Below are positions 63,989 through 64,000 of a DNA stretch of 64,000 nt, piece after piece (within the stretch, counting starts at the first letter, position 1; each line of letters opens with the position of its first letter). This DNA is from Alphaproteobacteria bacterium (GTDB lineage: Bacteria > Pseudomonadota > Alphaproteobacteria > UBA2966). The position numbers and the translations under genes were made by a program. The notes under the pieces were generated by a model that worked only from the letters and a program-made list of their open reading frames with translations, did not search any database and was not told the origin of the DNA. Where the stretch lies: contig JABIFY010000104.1 of assembly GCA_018650465.1 (NCBI GenBank), positions 6,107-70,106 of the forward strand, in the 5' to 3' direction.

Positions 63989-64000
63989 CGACTAACGCCA

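Noticed and set aside
1-64000. Mobile elements, CRISPR arrays, tRNA or rRNA genes, and a prophage or genomic-island boundary
   Set aside because: I saw no transposase, integrase, phage-structural or Cas motifs, and no regularly spaced repeat-spacer arrays. GC content is fairly uniform. Intergenic regions scanned by eye did not show tRNA-like T-arm or acceptor signatures. A covariance-model scan (tRNAscan-SE or Infernal) would be needed to be certain.

Overview
This 64-kb window looks like a chromosomal segment, about 55-58% GC, with gene content typical of an alphaproteobacterium (marine Rhodospirillales-like; this is inference from protein families only). It is densely coding on both strands. 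I found no rRNA, tRNA, CRISPR array, transposase, integrase or phage genes. The window falls into five blocks.

- **Block 1, 1-8622 (+):** a co-directional acyl-CoA carboxylase-centred catabolic operon. It encodes the carboxylase alpha subunit (biotin carboxylase plus biotinyl domain, 5' truncated by the window edge), an acyl-CoA synthetase, the carboxyltransferase beta subunit, an MECR/Etr1-like enoyl reductase, an enoyl-CoA hydratase, a stand-alone ~73-aa biotinyl-domain protein, and a thiolase.
- **Block 2, 9356-22815:** a complete but split and divergently transcribed eboABCDEF-type cluster. eboE-eboA-eboB plus an FAD dehydrogenase lie on the minus strand. A type-2 isopentenyl-diphosphate isomerase, eboF, eboD and eboC lie on the plus strand. 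The two arms are separated and flanked by two signal-peptide-bearing PQQ-dependent (SGDH-family) sugar dehydrogenase paralogues and a c-type cytochrome. An MFS transporter, an unknown protein and a ferredoxin/FNR-type reductase follow.
- **Block 3, 26495-36610:** oxidoreductases and lipid-type catabolic genes. These include an aminotransferase V, SDRs, an acyl-CoA ligase, an acyl-CoA dehydrogenase, a phytanoyl-CoA-dioxygenase-like protein, and a stand-alone cNMP-binding protein.
- **Block 4, 36607-56839:** a signalling and secretion locus. It holds two large hybrid histidine kinases, one BvgS-like with two periplasmic Venus-flytrap domains and an apparent second kinase core after its Hpt domain. 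It also holds four receiver or Hpt proteins, an OmpR-type regulator and LysR and GST gene remnants. Two tandem paralogous small proteins (90 and 109 aa) carry a conserved ~65-aa N-terminal domain and divergent tails. A type I secretion pair follows: an ABC transporter with an N-terminal C39-like domain, and a HlyD membrane-fusion protein fused to an N-terminal cyclic-nucleotide-binding domain.
- **Block 5, 57179-63988:** a DEAD-box helicase, an orphan fliG, a LysR regulator, and a PNPOx-like protein whose 3' end is followed by a 17-bp tandem repeat. A CoA-transferase, a cupin (cysteine-dioxygenase-like) and a crotonase end the window.

The best candidates for poorly described biology are the ebo cluster with its prenyl-supply and periplasmic-redox neighbourhood, and the cNMP-gated T1SS with the tandem small-protein paralogues. 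All assignments rest on motif and family recognition by eye. No database search was run.
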